Assembly (NCBI GenBank): GCA_030704615.1
Contig: CM060733.1
Span: 72,726,001-72,790,000, forward strand
Direction: 5' to 3'
Length of the DNA stretch: 64,000 bases
From: Takakia lepidozioides
Lineage: Eukaryota > Plantae > Bryophyta
Shown: piece by piece, positions 22,083-33,896 of the stretch
How the letters are laid out: the number at the start of each line of letters is the position of its first letter
How positions within the stretch are numbered: position 1 is the stretch's first letter
Notes under the pieces: generated by a model
The model's database searches: none
Seen by the model: only the letters and a program-made list of their open reading frames with translations
What the model was told of the DNA's origin: nothing
Position numbers and translations under genes: made by a program

Positions 22083-25000
22083 ATGGAGAATCGCCAGCAG
22101 GGGTCGGGCCCTTCTCCAGCAAAGTCGAAGAAGAAGCAGCCCGTCCCTCTACTGGCTTCTGAACCGGCTCAGGCCGATTCACCCCCCCCAACGCGAATGA
22201 AGCAGCAGGGTAGAAGACAGATTCTATTGCAGCAGACACCTTCACCTGCAAGGATGAGGAAGCAGAAGGCAATCAGGGCGACGGGCGAACAATCTCCCGC
22301 AAAACCGCTTCCACGAGCTGAAGCTCAGTTCCTGGAGGATTTCCCGCCTGCAGATGTTGGGGCCGACTCTGCTGCAGCGAAGGCAATGGGATCGACCGTT
22401 GATCTCGATTTGGTACCGGAGGAGGGTGCTGCGCCGCTGAACGTTCGCAGGCAGACCTCACCACCGATGAGCTAGCAGGCCCGGAGGAGGCCTCTGCAAT
22501 GGCAGAATTGCCCGCACACAGGCCCCAGAGTGCAGCTCCAGTTGAGGATGCTCCAGCTGCTCAGCCACTACCGCCACACCGACCTAGACATGTCTCCGGA
22601 GGATTTCAAAAGTGCAGCGGATAAAATGTTGGAGGAGACACACAGTAGCATTGGCAGAGTTCTGGGCAGCAGGGTATTCCAGCGGACTCTTCGAATCCCA
22701 CTCTGTCGCATGGTCTCCCTTCCCATCGTCAGGCAGGCCCTTCCCGGAGATGTGGATAAGCTCAAGTTCGCATTTCGAGAAGGGTACCGTCTGGGATCGG
22801 CAGCGTTTTACGTTTCCATAGAGAATGAGGACGGCGAAACCGTGGACCCACTGCCGATGAATTGTCAACGTGGGATACCCACTGGCACACTCGCAACCAC
22901 GAATTCGAGGCGACGCTGAAGGGTGATCCCGACTTCGGCCATATGTCGGGAAAATGTTCTTTGTGTGGGACGGGAATCACCGACTTCTCGCCTGGTGGGA
23001 GTACATCAAGCAGAACCATGCCAAGCACATTGGCTGGCATTACATGGTGGAGTGTGTCATCCTCAAGGTGAAGGCGGCAGACTCCTCCCTGCTCAAGAAT
23101 GCCATGGCGGACCTCAACTCGTAAGATACTCATACCCTCCCTAGCACATTCGAAATGCGGTGCCGCATTTCGGTTTCCATTCTGGTTTGATTTCCGTGCT
23201 TCCGTGTACTGAACTGGAGAGTGTGCCTTGCAGGGTCACTGAGAATGCGTACGTGCATACCCACATGGCACATATGCTGTACAGGGTGAGGAAAACTGGT
23301 CTTACTGATCCGCAGATGTTTGCGGAAATGCTGGAGCCGAGCTCATTCAGAAAGCCGTTGCAAAAACAGACCGGACATGGTATCGTCTCACTATGGATGG
23401 AATGGTGGAGGTGATATACGAAGTAAGTCGTGCTCCAATTTCCCTCTGCTCATCCTTCCCCAATTTCCAGTAATGTTTCCACATGAATCGAATGTAACGC
23501 TTCTGCATGTTTTTGTTGGCAGTCAAACATCAAGCTGGATTTGGCCCATGCCAAACGCTTCTTCATGGAAAGTGAGGGGCAGGTCAAAACGTTGCAGTCA
23601 TTGACTGAGCACTTGAAGGAAGCCGGTGTCAAGTCCAGAACCAAATACAAGTCAAAGCTTGTGAAGCTGGTGGCAATTGCAGATCCGGCACTTGGAAAGG
23701 ACTTCATCCCCGAGATTGCAAAACACTATTCTCGGGCCATGCAGCCGACCATGCAATTGGAGAAACTGCATCACCTCTCAACGGCATGTGTGGAGGCGAA
23801 AGAGAAGGTGAGGTTTCAATGCACTGAATTTCCTTCCTAGCAATAGCCACTCTCTTCCAGCCACTGACATTGGATCGGAAATGGCAGACACGGTGGCTGT
23901 CGATCTGGAATGCATCCGAGAGCATAAGGACAATGTGGTCTTTTCCACTGGAAGTTTCCGACCCTGCAGTGGATGTGTGGCTCAACCGTATGACTTGGTG
24001 GTTCCAGGTAATTCAAGGTACTTCCCCAGATTTGCTTTTCTGACATGAATTCCCTGAACTGCTACGTGACAATGCATTTGGGAATGGCAGGTAATGTCGA
24101 ATGCGAAGGAGCAAGTCGTAATGCACACAAATTCGTTCGGCTTGTACGTCAAATGGGATGGAACACAGACATTGGAAGACTACGTGACACGTTTCAGATG
24201 TGCGTACAAGGACAACCTTTTCGCCAGAGAGCTACAGACAGCAAGAAGGAGCGTGGAGTTTACACATCAGGAGGGAGCGGGGAAAGCTGCAATGCGAATT
24301 GTTTACAGGTGAAGCACAGCTGCCCTTGTATGCGAAGCCTGGTTACGAGGTTTGTCTCGGAAATGCGGCACCGCATTCGCATTTTATGTTTTCGGTGGCA
24401 CTCTGCCAGTAGGTTGGTCTCAACTTTTGCTCACGCATGCTGACTGCCTTGCAGGTATATGAAATACGTGCTCCTTCAGACAGGGGCCCTGGCTCAAGAG
24501 CCCCCGTTCTTCATGGCTTGGACCGTGGCGGGCCCAAGCTGTGTCTACACACCCGAGATGCAGAAACAATGGCATCCCGCGCATCTCGTTGGATGCCCGT
24601 GGTACCTGGACATGTCTGGCGGTATTGTTGACGAGTCTGAGAAAGATCTGCACGCCTTGGCAGAAGAGAAGAGAAAAAACGTGTCCCTGCTGGGCCAAAG
24701 TCGGCAAAGGAATCTGCTGCTCTGGAAGAATCCAGAAAGGCAGCTGAGATGGCACAAAAGACGGTGGATGCAGCTGTGCAGGCCCAACAGAAGGGGTCGA
24801 AGAAGAGGACTCGCCAGCAAGGAGCAGCTGTTGTGACACCCGCCAAAACGAAGAAGCAGAAACAGCCTGTTCAGGAAGAGGGTGAGGAAGAGGACTCCGA
24901 TGGAGACTTTGCAACCAGCCCACCCCCCCAAACGCAGGCTGCCTCCCCTGTGCCCACCGTTGTCACGAGAGGCACGAGAACTGGCTCGGCAAAGAAGGCA

Positions 25001-26804
25001 CTCTTCAACCCCCCAGGGGGGCACCCTTTCGAGCCGGTGGAAATGAAGAGGCCGAAAGTGGCTCCCGAAACTGTAGTCCAGTGTGTAAATGAGAGTTTCT
25101 TGGCGGCTTTGGATGGACGGGCAGCCAAGTTGGCATACATGAAGACCATGGAGGGTCTGAAGGGCAGAGCACTGAAGAAGGCGACTGCCGAAGAGCCTTC
25201 CGACACCCCAGGATTTCAGAATATGGTCTCGTTCTTTGAGAGGGTGTGTGCAGACAAGGATTGTAGGAGGGGCGGAAATGCCACCGAGTGGTCTTGCGAT
25301 ATGATCATCTTGGATATTCCGGACGGAGAGCCTGTGGAAGGACTGCAAGCTTTGCCATCTTGGAACAGGTACTCGGAGGACTTTTGGAAGAAAGGATTCG
25401 GGCTTGCCCGCATGGTGTTGGACGACAGAGGCTGTGTGGTTGTCCTGGCGAGCAGAGGAAAAAACACTCAGACAGGAATTGCGAAGTGGACCCGCAAGAG
25501 CGCCGTCCCGATTCTGAAAAAGAAGTGGACGTGCATCAACACACTGGGCCTTCGGTCGGAAGGGAAGAAGGTGATTACGACACTGGCACTCGTCCATTCA
25601 TTTGCTTGGGTGCTTTCAAATGCGGTGCCGCATTCGGTTTCTAATCGTTTTCCCCCTGTGTATGCAGACGAAGCAGTTCGATGCATACTGCTTTGTGAAG
25701 GAAAACTCCACCTTTGCTTTCCGGAAGGAGGGAGGAAAGGTTGACCCGAACTGCGACCCACTCGATTACGACGTTCTGTTCAACAACGTTCCCAAGGAAC
25801 TTCTCCCTCATAGCCTCACTTCAACGGAACCCCTGCGGTACTCACGGACTCGGAGCCCTGCCTTCATTCAGACAATTATGGAGACATGCACAGACGTGGA
25901 GGGCACAGTGCTGGACCTCATCTGTGGGACAGGTATGCAGAATCTTGATCTCTGCTGTTCTGCAAATTCTCGTTAGGATGTAGTTCGCAACATCTGAAGC
26001 GCCATGTGGTAATGTGTGGATGGCATTGTAACAGGTGCCTCAATGTGGGCTGGGCGGTTTTCCGACCGGCACCTCTTTGCCTACGAGGAGGATTCATCCG
26101 TGTGGGGATCCCATCTGGAGGGGCTGCAACGGAATGTGAAGGCTCCCGACAGAGCGGAAGTCTCCTCGGATTCGTCGGAGTCCGAGGAAGACACAGTGGA
26201 CATTGATGCAGAGGAGAACCCGGAATACGAGTGAGTGCAAACATTGTAAGTTTGCAAAGCCTTCTGGGTCATTTATGTCAAAGGAATTTCCCGACTGTGG
26301 TTCTCATTAGTCTCGTTGATGATTGTCATGTGCAGGATTGCAGGGTCCGGGTCGAAACATGTAGGGCCTACACTTCCTGCCAGGAAGAATGTCCCGTTCT
26401 TTGCGAGGGCCGACTTCATGACGAGCCCGGTGAGGGACTACTCCCTTCCTAGTTATGCAGCTAAACTCGCAAATACAGCGATTAGAAGAAGTGAGAATCC
26501 CAGTAAAGTAGAGCAGATTTTGGAGAGGGCTAGGGAGGACAGAAGGATAAGGAAAGAGTTGGCAGCAGCTCAGACAGGTAGACGGGTACGAAAGTACATA
26601 TGTGATTCAGCGGATGAGAGCGACGCAGACAGGGAGGAAGACGACCCAACGGAGGTGAGATGGACAGTTCCGCAAGGGGAAGATGGGATTTTCGAAAGCC
26701 TGGCCAACGAGCAGTCCGCTGGAGATGAGAGAGGCACTGAGGGGGTGGAGGAGGAGCAGGACAGTCTAGAACAGGATGAGGATTCCGATGATTTTCAAGA
26801 TTAA
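22083..26804 (+). CDS. Multi-exon TE gene: ParB/Srx-like N-terminal domain, unknown middle region, beta-class N4/N6 DNA methyltransferase-like domain, acidic tail
   Basis: FVWDGNHRLLAW (DGNHR at 22969-22983). DMIILDIPDG..ARMVLDDRGCVVV (25298-25445, DPPY-equivalent). RSPAFIQTIMETCTDVEGTVLDLICGTG|ASMWAG..RHLFAYEED (motifs X-I-II). GT-AG introns at ~23121, 23423, 23808, 24008, 24309, 25570, 25933 and 26230. Homologs elsewhere in the window share intron positions. Confidence 0.75.
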
Positions 26805-26940
26805 TAGAATTTTAATGAAGTCTCTGTAAATGTAAATTCTCTTCCACAGTATATAAAGAAAATTCTGCCCGACATTCGTGACCCCTCTCCAGTGTGCATT
26901 CCAGCCACACAATCGCCCAAACCAGGACGCTCCCAAAATC

Positions 26941-27705
26941 AGAAATGGGTCAGGGCATTTCCAAAATTTGGCAACTCTAAGAACCTCTTTTGGAAATGCG
27001 GCACCGCATTTCCAAAACAGGGGAGGGACTAATTTTTCCATTTCAATGTTGGCATAGTAAAAAGTAATCTGAACTGGAATGCGGTGCCGCATTTCCAAAA
27101 TTTCCTTTGTCCACACGCCAGTTTTGGCCTCTCCCGCTCATTGCATGGATGCCACCACGCTTACAGAGGTCGAACAAGGAGGTCGAACAAGGAGGCCGAC
27201 ATGGCGGGATTGAAAATGCGGTGCCGCATTTCCATATTGGGGATGGTCGTTGTTCGAACTGGAGGCCCATCAGCAAAAATTGGCACCGCATTCCATTGTA
27301 AAAAAAAAGTCGATGACGGACATGGAAATGCGGCGCCGCATTTCCAGAACGGACATCGCAATTTGTCCATTTGCAGACCCTCTCTCGGAAATGCGGTAAC
27401 GCATTCCATCGCGCTGGTCGGAAATAGGTGCACTTTTCGAAGTGTTGGACGGAAATGCGGCACCGCATTCCCTTGTCCAAAAAGAAGTTTCCATTGCCAC
27501 GCTGGAAATGCGTCGCCGCATTTGCAATGCCAACCTCGTTTTCTGATCAATTTATAGACCCGTGTTGGTATTTCGTGTACCTGGACGGAAATGATGCACC
27601 GCATTTCGATGTCCGACATGGAAATGCGGTGCCGCATTTCGATCCCGACATGGAAATGCGGCGCCGCATTTCGATGCCGACATGGAAATGCGGTGCCGCA
27701 TTTCA
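26941..27705. repeat. Second cluster (~13 copies) of the family-A palindrome, downstream of the ParB-MTase gene
   Basis: Copies at 26941, 26992, 27075, 27212, 27274, 27324, 27387, 27451, 27504, 27587, 27620, 27652 and 27684. Confidence 0.9.
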
Positions 27706-28218
27706 ATGTCTGACATGGCGTTACTCTGGTATATTCTTGACACATGACTCACATACCGGTTACTCTGCTTTATTCAACGACAGACAAATTGTAGAAATGA
27801 GACATCAAATTGTAAACAGTGGGCCAAATCGAGAGTTATTCAACACAATGAAACACAGTCATACAGAAGTGAGGTACATTCCAGGGCACACTCCAGGGCA
27901 CATTTAAATTTCCCCCGTACAGGATCCTGGACCGATGAAGATTGGCTGCTGCATGAATGTAGCCGTTTCAGTTTCCTACCCTGCCATGCAAACTATGGGC
28001 ACTCACTGCCAGTTGGGCCGATAGCCACTGGACACGACGAAGTCCATCCCCTCTTCGATGTAAATGCGGCGCCGAATTTCCATCCGGGGGGATGGACTTC
28101 GGTGGCAGATCTCAAACTATAACTTGTTGATGAGAAAGATGTATGGCTTCATCCACCGCTGCCGTGATGAACACGTTCCACCTCCGTCGGTGGGTACGTG
28201 TGACCCAGATGCTCCATT

Positions 28219-28893
28219 TTGGAGGCCGGACTGCTCTTCCGCTTCGTATCTTTTCCAAAATCTAAGGGCTTCGTAGCTGTCCGCAAGGTCATCGGCATCC
28301 AAGTCGTCCTCAGGTCCTCCTTTGCAAGGATGCCGTGCTTCCGGAACCGGGACGACTGCCCCTTTGGAGGCATCGATTATGCAATGTATTCGGCCACATC
28401 GGGAGACATTGTTATCTGGTACACAGATTACAGAGAAGATACTGGTTCGATTGTGGAAACATTGGTGGCTTTTGAGTATATCGTAGGCCACTACGCCTTC
28501 GAGCGGGGTGACGATCTTGGTCTGAGGAGTCCGTGGCTCCTGCGCATCCTCGATTCCGATTTTCCCAGCTACGACGGTCACCCATGCAGAAGAAGGCGCA
28601 CTGCTATGCTGTTGCGGTGGAACTGCTGCCACTGGACGTGGGTGGACTCCATCGGAGAGACCTATTCTCCTCGAGGAGTGCGCTCCTCTTCTCCATTGTA
28701 TGGGGACATTCGCATTGGTGTGGACGACGAAAACGTGAAGATTTCCATATTCGATGGTGGTATGATTGAAGGGCAGGACATTGTGGTGAACATCACTAGG
28801 GGCGGTACAACGGCTGCAATCGACTTTACATGGAGGAGCCCCATGACTCATGAGCTAGTTCTGAGAGCAGTCGAAGTCCCATTGACAACGTGA
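28219..28893 (+). CDS. Third MULE ORF, unknown protein (start uncertain)
   Basis: 224-aa ORF followed by AATAAA (~28977). Its C-terminus DGGMIEGQDIVVNITRGGTTAAIDFTWR is conserved in a diverged copy at ~30520-30605. Confidence 0.55.
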   Translation: MEAGLLFRFVSFPKSKGFVAVRKVIGIQVVLRSSFARMPCFRNRDDCPFGGIDYAMYSATSGDIVIWYTDYREDTGSIVETLVAFEYIVGHYAFERGDDLGLRSPWLLRILDSDFPSYDGHPCRRRRTAMLLRWNCCHWTWVDSIGETYSPRGVRSSSPLYGDIRIGVDDENVKISIFDGGMIEGQDIVVNITRGGTTAAIDFTWRSPMTHELVLRAVEVPLTT

Positions 28894-29269
28894 CTTGTAT
28901 TCAGTAGGCACAGGGCTCAAGATTTGATGGCACAATCAGCACAGTAGACGTGCTTCAAATGCAATTCATGTGGATCAATAAAAACCTCATTGTGCCCTCT
29001 TTTTATTATATTCTGTGTCCATCGTTCCGCGAATGCGTCATTGCTCATTTCGTTTGGGATTGGGAGTGTGGGTGGATTTTGCAAATGGCTGGTAAGCTGA
29101 AATGGGCCCCCATTGTACAGAGCAGTACCACCCTACCATTCGCGAAACATTGCCTTTCAATATATAATTCTAAATAACATTGCCGAACCTCCTTCATCGG
29201 GAGGTCCTTCTCCCCCTATGACCGTGGCACCCTAAACCCTATTCCCGCGGACACTCATTTCCGGAAAAT

Positions 29270-29356
29270 AGTGCTGCTCATGTTTTTTTCCACACTTACG
29301 ACTCTGCTCATGGCTCATGCCGCTCATGGCTCATGGCTCATGAAATAGCAGCCCCC
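29270..29356 (-). repeat. Right TIR with subterminal GCTCATG repeats
   Basis: Tandem GCTCATG units ending GCTCATGAAATAGCAGCCCCC, directly followed by the TSD. Confidence 0.88.
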
Positions 29357-29414
29357 TGTACAATTCGGTTCTCTTGACTCAAAAACACTCAAAAAAACAA
29401 TTCGCGCATTTTTT

Positions 29415-29490
29415 AATGCACCTACATATATGACGACCAATGGGGAACACTCGTCCCGAGGGTGAAAGAACCCTGAATCACTGGTTTGAC
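29415..29490. repeat. Dispersed ~75-bp repeat, with an inverted copy at 52320-52395
   Basis: ATGCACCTACATATATGACGACCAATGGGGAACACTCGTCCCGAGGGTGAAAGAA matches the reverse complement of ~52338-52393 with few mismatches. Confidence 0.8.
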
Positions 29491-30460
29491 AACCCTCTAA
29501 ATATGTACACACATTACTAAAACATGATCGACTTTACCATTGACCTAGACCTTTTATCTGGCTCAAACTGGAAGCTAGCAAAAAAATAAAACTCTGGACC
29601 TGCAGACTCTCCACTCATGGGGGGTTCTTCTCTCTGGTCTTGTAGTTCGTCTGACTATGACAGTATCCTAGTGATCCCTGCGAATTCACTCTTTTCTTTT
29701 GTGCTCTCTCATTCATTAAGAGGATAACTATGACCGAGTTTTGTTCAAGAACTAATGTGCTTCTCACTAACCTTGACACCAACAACTCTGATTATATAAC
29801 ATAAGGTCCTAGCTACTTGCTAGAATGGAAAACTTTGGCGTTATATAGGAATCACTATGTCCCTCGCCTCACAAGATAATTTTTTTTTAAAACCCATCCA
29901 CTCTCTCTCTTCGGAGAGAGTTCGAGTCCTAGATAAAAAACTTTTCAAAACCGCCATTCTCCCCCACCGAACTGGGTTTGAATTCCTAAGACTGCGTAGA
30001 TAGAGAAGCGAAGCTCCGGGTTGACCGGCTCATACAGCAACCGCGCCAACAAAACCGAGCTTTAACAACAAAGCATCACCTATGATGCGTTCACGATGGA
30101 CCTAAACATAATACTTTCATGATGAAGCCTACGATAGATACTTTCACCATGGAGCTCAAATGGTACATTAAAACATACTAGATGTATTACTCTTTTATAG
30201 AAACCTCACCTTATCCAGCAGATGGAGATCAAGGAGGAAGAGAATTTAACTCAACTACTCTCATGATAAAAACTGTGTACTTCTTGTACTTCAATACTGG
30301 CAAAAATTGTAAAACTCACTTAGAAGTTCTACGAAAGCAAAATTGCCTTCCTACTTGGAAGAGCTATAAAAGAAAAAGAAGGAGAGCTGGCCTCTTAGTG
30401 CTTTTCAACTCCCTGAGAATTCTCTGGTGAGGATAGAAGACTATTACGATTTCACGCGGG

Positions 30461-30780
30461 GTGACAGTCTATCGAGTCCGTGGATTGTGCACATCGTTGA
30501 CCTCGATATACCACCCCATTGATGGTGGTTTGATTGAAGGGCATGACATTGTGATCAACTTCACCAAGGGCAACAACAGTGCTGCAATTGTGTTAACCTG
30601 GAGGACCGGAGCCCGATCATTCATGACCTGGTCTTCAGGCCTATCGAAGTTCCGTCTACGTGGTAACTTCCATTGCAAGGGCATAAGGGTTTAGATTCGG
30701 ATGAACCATATGTAGAGTAGACGTGCTTCATGTGAAACACCTTGCTTTATGAATAAAAATTCCCATTGTGCCCTCAGTTA
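30461..30780 (+). pseudogene. 3' fragment of a homolog of the third MULE ORF
   Basis: DGGLIEGHDIVINFTKGNNSAAIVLTWR plus a shared 3' UTR block GTAGACGTGCTTCA...AATAAAAA..CATTGTGCCCTC. Confidence 0.7.
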
Positions 30781-30829
30781 TCTCAAATGTGCACCCTTTG
30801 TTTCATTGTTTTTTAAAGTAGTGGGGTCA

Positions 30830-33800
30830 ATTGTCCAAAGTTTTTGTCCACATCAATGAACAAAATGAAGCAAATGCCGATCATGGAGCCATCACATATG
30901 CGGGCACGGACGGTGAAGTGGACATGTCTGGCATGAAACAACTTTCAATCTTCTACGAGTTGTCATATTGGGCGATACATATTCCACAAAAAAACCGTCA
31001 ATATCCCTATGCATGCATGTAATATTGCACATTTGGTATGCGTTGCATTGTCACTTTCACGTCAAAAAATTCGTGTAAGTATTTGTGGGTGGGGATATAT
31101 GTAGGACTTGAAGATTCCCCATCTTCTAGATCCCATGCATATTGAGAAGAATGTCTGCCCGTCCCTTTTTCGGGTTCTTCATGGCACGCCGGCAAAGAAT
31201 GGAGTGGCTGCAAAAAGAGATTCTCTCGGCGTTAGAAAGGAGTTTGAGGAGCAAGGTTGCATGCGCCATCTATGGGCCGAACAAAATGCTGTGGACCCAA
31301 AGGGTGTTATACGGTGGAAGTATAGGCGCGCACCTTGGCAATGGACAAAGGAGGAATACAAGAAAGTGATAGCCACCATAAGTGCTGTCCGAACACCAAC
31401 TGGTTATGGGTCATCCCTCCGTACGAAGAAGACGAAGAAGACGGGGTCCATGGTTTGAAGTCTCATGACTACCACAATCTATTGCAAGACATTTTGCCCA
31501 TTGCAGTACGTGGGACATTGACTCCCAAGGTTTGTGAGACAATCTATAGATTGAGAGGCTTGTTCCGGTGGATTTGCTCCAAAGAGTTGGAGGAAGCGGA
31601 TTTTCCATGCATGAAGAAAGAGGCGGCGGAGGTAATGTGTATGTTGGAGATGCACCTTCCTCCCTCCTTCTTTGACATCCAAGTGCACTTGGTAGTGTAC
31701 TTAGTGGAAGAGGCTTCGATTGCCGGCCCCGTTCATTCTCGGTGGATGTACTTCCTTGAGCATTATATGAAGACTTTGAAAGGATTTGTAAGACAAATGG
31801 TGCACCCGGAGGGTAGCATGGCGGAGGGGTATACGTTGCAAGAAGCTATGTTCTATTGCACGGAGTACATGACAAGGGTGGATGAGAAAGCCCCTCGGAT
31901 GTGGAAGGAAGAGATGCACGAACCAATGACATCGTTTTGCCCAAAAAATCGAAGAGGGTAAAATTGCCGATCTTGGTGATTGAGCAAGCGCATAACTTCA
32001 TACTGAAGAACACCCTATCCATACATGAATAGGAGACAAGATACATTAACCTTGTTCAGCAATGAGAGGAGGAGACGCTTGCATGGAGGCGGAACTATCC
32101 AAGGCCGACGAGGAGCGGGCTGCCGGAATGTTCATTCACAAAATTTGCCCATGGAATTGCAGCCTCTAAGTTCATTCCAACAGTGGCTTCGGACTTCAGT
32201 TTATGACGTCGTTGCTCAAGGAGAGGTGGTTTCAGATTTGGTGCAAGACATTGCAAAGGGCCCCTCTCAATTCGCGATCTCATACACGGCGGTTTGGGTT
32301 CATGGTCGTCATTTCCGCATTCGTGCTCTTGACATGAAGCGCAAAACAACCTTTGATTCTGGCTTGTGTGCCACATATTGGCAAGACTCCGTGTGGGGCA
32401 AGGGAGATACACGACCTGCTATGAGCAAACTTGAGTACATTGGAGAGCTTGAGAGCATACTCCAACTTCAGTATACAAAGTACCGGCCTCTTCTCTTCAA
32501 GGGAAGGTGGTTCCAGCCACATCTTGTGGGGCCCTCCGCAACACTAGTGCAAGATGATTGTGGTTTCATGCACGTCAATGCAGATAGGCTCAACCCTACT
32601 CATCGTCCCTCCGATGAGCCTTTTTCACGGCCTTCAGACATGGAGCAAGTTTTCTTCTCTGATGACAAAACGAGAAGGGGGAATTGGAAGGTGGTTGTGC
32701 ATGCTCAGCCAAGAGGAAGACGTATCTATCATGGTCTCGGATCTCCATGGGGTGAGGCAATTGCGGTGGATGGAAAGACTGATCATAATGATGCTGATGA
32801 TGGAGGTTGGGTAGAGGGGATAGAAGAGGATGATGACGCCCCCAGAGAATGCATCCCGGACACTATATGATGAAGCTCCAGAAGATATGGATGTTCGAGA
32901 AGAAGATGAAGACACGACCATTGACAACGAGGTGGAGGATGATTCGGAGGTGCCTTTTGAGGGTCGGGCCATTTACGACGATGACTCCGATGACCAAGAA
33001 GATTTGCAGCTTGATGAGGATGAAGAAACTCCGAATGATGATGTTCAAGTTGATTAGACACAAAATCAAAGCTACATAATAATTCTCGCATCGAACTGTA
33101 CCCATCCCTTCGATTGATTGTACATGTACATGCATATTGTAGCTTATTTCTATTATTGGTCAAATATGGCTGTGGCTGGTAGTCTTTCAAGAAAGAAGGC
33201 AGAGGCAATGAATATGTTGGAGCAACACATACAGATGTGGTATCAAGAGAATTATCAAAATGAATGTCACAATCTACAAGAAGGTCCACAACAACAAGCT
33301 AAACCATAAAGAAAAACAAACACCCTATCCCAGTACCATATGGTTAAAAAAAAAAAAAAAAAAAAAACCCCCAAAGACCCTAAACCTAAACCTAGAAAGC
33401 CCTGCCGTCGCTTCCTGCGACCCCCACGCGTCGTAAACTGCGACGCATTTATAGGATATATGAGGCCGGGGGTTACAAACGGCGACGGCAAGCCGTCGCA
33501 GGATGCGACCTATTTTTTTTTGTTTTGAAAGAATTGGGCAACCCCTATTTGCGACGAGCGGCCGTCGCCAATGTTTTTTGCCATTCATGCCACCATGTGA
33601 CGGCCTGGCGTCGCCAACAAGGGTTGCGATGAAAGAAAGGGCAAGAAAGGGCTGCTTTTTTTTCGCTGGCGACGGCCGGTCGTCACCAGAAAGGCCTGCC
33701 TTCTGCCCTTCGTTGGGGGGGCGACGCTTGGGCGTCGCATGGAAGGGCTGCCTCCTACCCTTCATCCGCCCGTACGACGGCCGGGGCCTGACCCGCGGGG

Positions 33801-33896
33801 TCTGTTTGCGACGGCCGGACGTCGCACGCTCGGTGCCGCGCGGGGCGTGGGGGCGCGGCTGACGTAGCAACCCCCCCCCCCCCATTTGCTGTAGTG
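30830..33896 (+). mobile_element. 3' half of a CACTA/En-Spm transposon (degenerate TnpD-like transposase, DUF4218/DUF4216-type regions)
   Basis: HLLDPMHIEKNV, GLKSHDYH, PPSFFDIQVHL, GPVHSRWMY, HPEGSMAEGY, DEPF..EQVFF..WKVV. Terminal ..GCTGTAGTG (rc CACTAC) ends at 33896. GCGACGGC/GCCGTCGC subterminal repeats at 33400-33830. Confidence 0.9.

Larger units (their letters stand above)
14678..29356. mobile_element. Full-length 14.7-kb Mutator-like (MULE) DNA transposon, here called family A
   Basis: Perfect 10-bp TSD TGTACAATTC at 14668-14677 and 29357-29366. Left end GAGGTTTACTATTTCATGAGC matches the right end (rc) GGGGGCTGCTATTTCATGAGC. Internal MULE transposase. Confidence 0.93.

Noticed and set aside
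24545-25597. 350-aa minus-strand ORF (and 28117-28851 minus)
   Set aside because: Antisense shadows of plus-strand coding exons in GC-rich DNA, with no motifs of their own.
22083-26804. Bacterial or phage contamination as the source of the ParB-MTase
   Set aside because: The gene has conserved spliceosomal introns and lies inside a TIR/TSD-bounded eukaryotic transposon.
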